Below, in pieces: positions 63,921 to 64,000 of a stretch of DNA of 64,000 nt; the stretch's first letter is position 1; each line of letters begins with the position of its first letter. The position numbers were made by a program, and so were the translations under genes. The DNA is taken from contig JAYWIR010000022.1 in assembly GCA_036172245.1 (NCBI GenBank), positions 1,054,001-1,118,000 of the forward strand. The letters run 5' to 3'. The notes beneath the pieces were generated by a model. It was not told the origin of the DNA, did not search any database, and saw only the letters and a list, made by a program, of their open reading frames with translations. The stretch comes from Raillietiella orientalis (lineage: Eukaryota).

Positions 63921-64000
63921 TGTACGCTTTAATTCTCAGCATCGACTTCTACAGGTACCGAACTAATAAGTAAAGCCGAGTATATATTATGATGGTATCC

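Noticed and set aside
1..64000. Alternative nuclear genetic code (TAA/TAG = Gln, or all stops reassigned)
   Set aside because: In-frame stops align to different consensus residues: Q at 15805, F at 4905 and 5052, A at 34043. TGA stops and frameshifts also occur, and the well-preserved exons of copy 16 use only CAA/CAG for Gln. Pseudogenisation fits better.

Overview
Eukaryotic (animal-like) nuclear DNA with GT-AG introns, TATA boxes and a tRNA-derived SINE family. Almost the whole 64 kb is tiled by a dense array of very divergent beta/visual-arrestin-family gene copies. I find 42 candidate copies or fragments, about 33 of them supported by two or more colinear motif blocks. They lie on both strands, many are about 1.1-1.3 kb long, and spacers are short. 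I recognised them by translating through stops and frameshifts and comparing by eye with the beta-arrestin-1 sequence as I recall it: [60 protein letters not shown]...[33 protein letters not shown]...RNSVRLVIRK...[41 protein letters not shown]...KLKHEDTNLASST...ILGIIVSYKVKVKL. Nearly all copies carry in-frame stops and/or frameshifts, and I could not build a fully intact gene. The best-preserved copy is spliced (21.4-23.7 kb) and holds another arrestin copy antisense inside its intron. One copy is fused to a long ORF with 18 repeats of 14 aa, rich in TPxR motifs. Other features are SINE copies, two inverted-repeat structures, a hairpin with alternative pairings and a GC-to-AT gradient. Copy boundaries are approximate, no HMM or BLAST search was run, and the organism cannot be named from this window.
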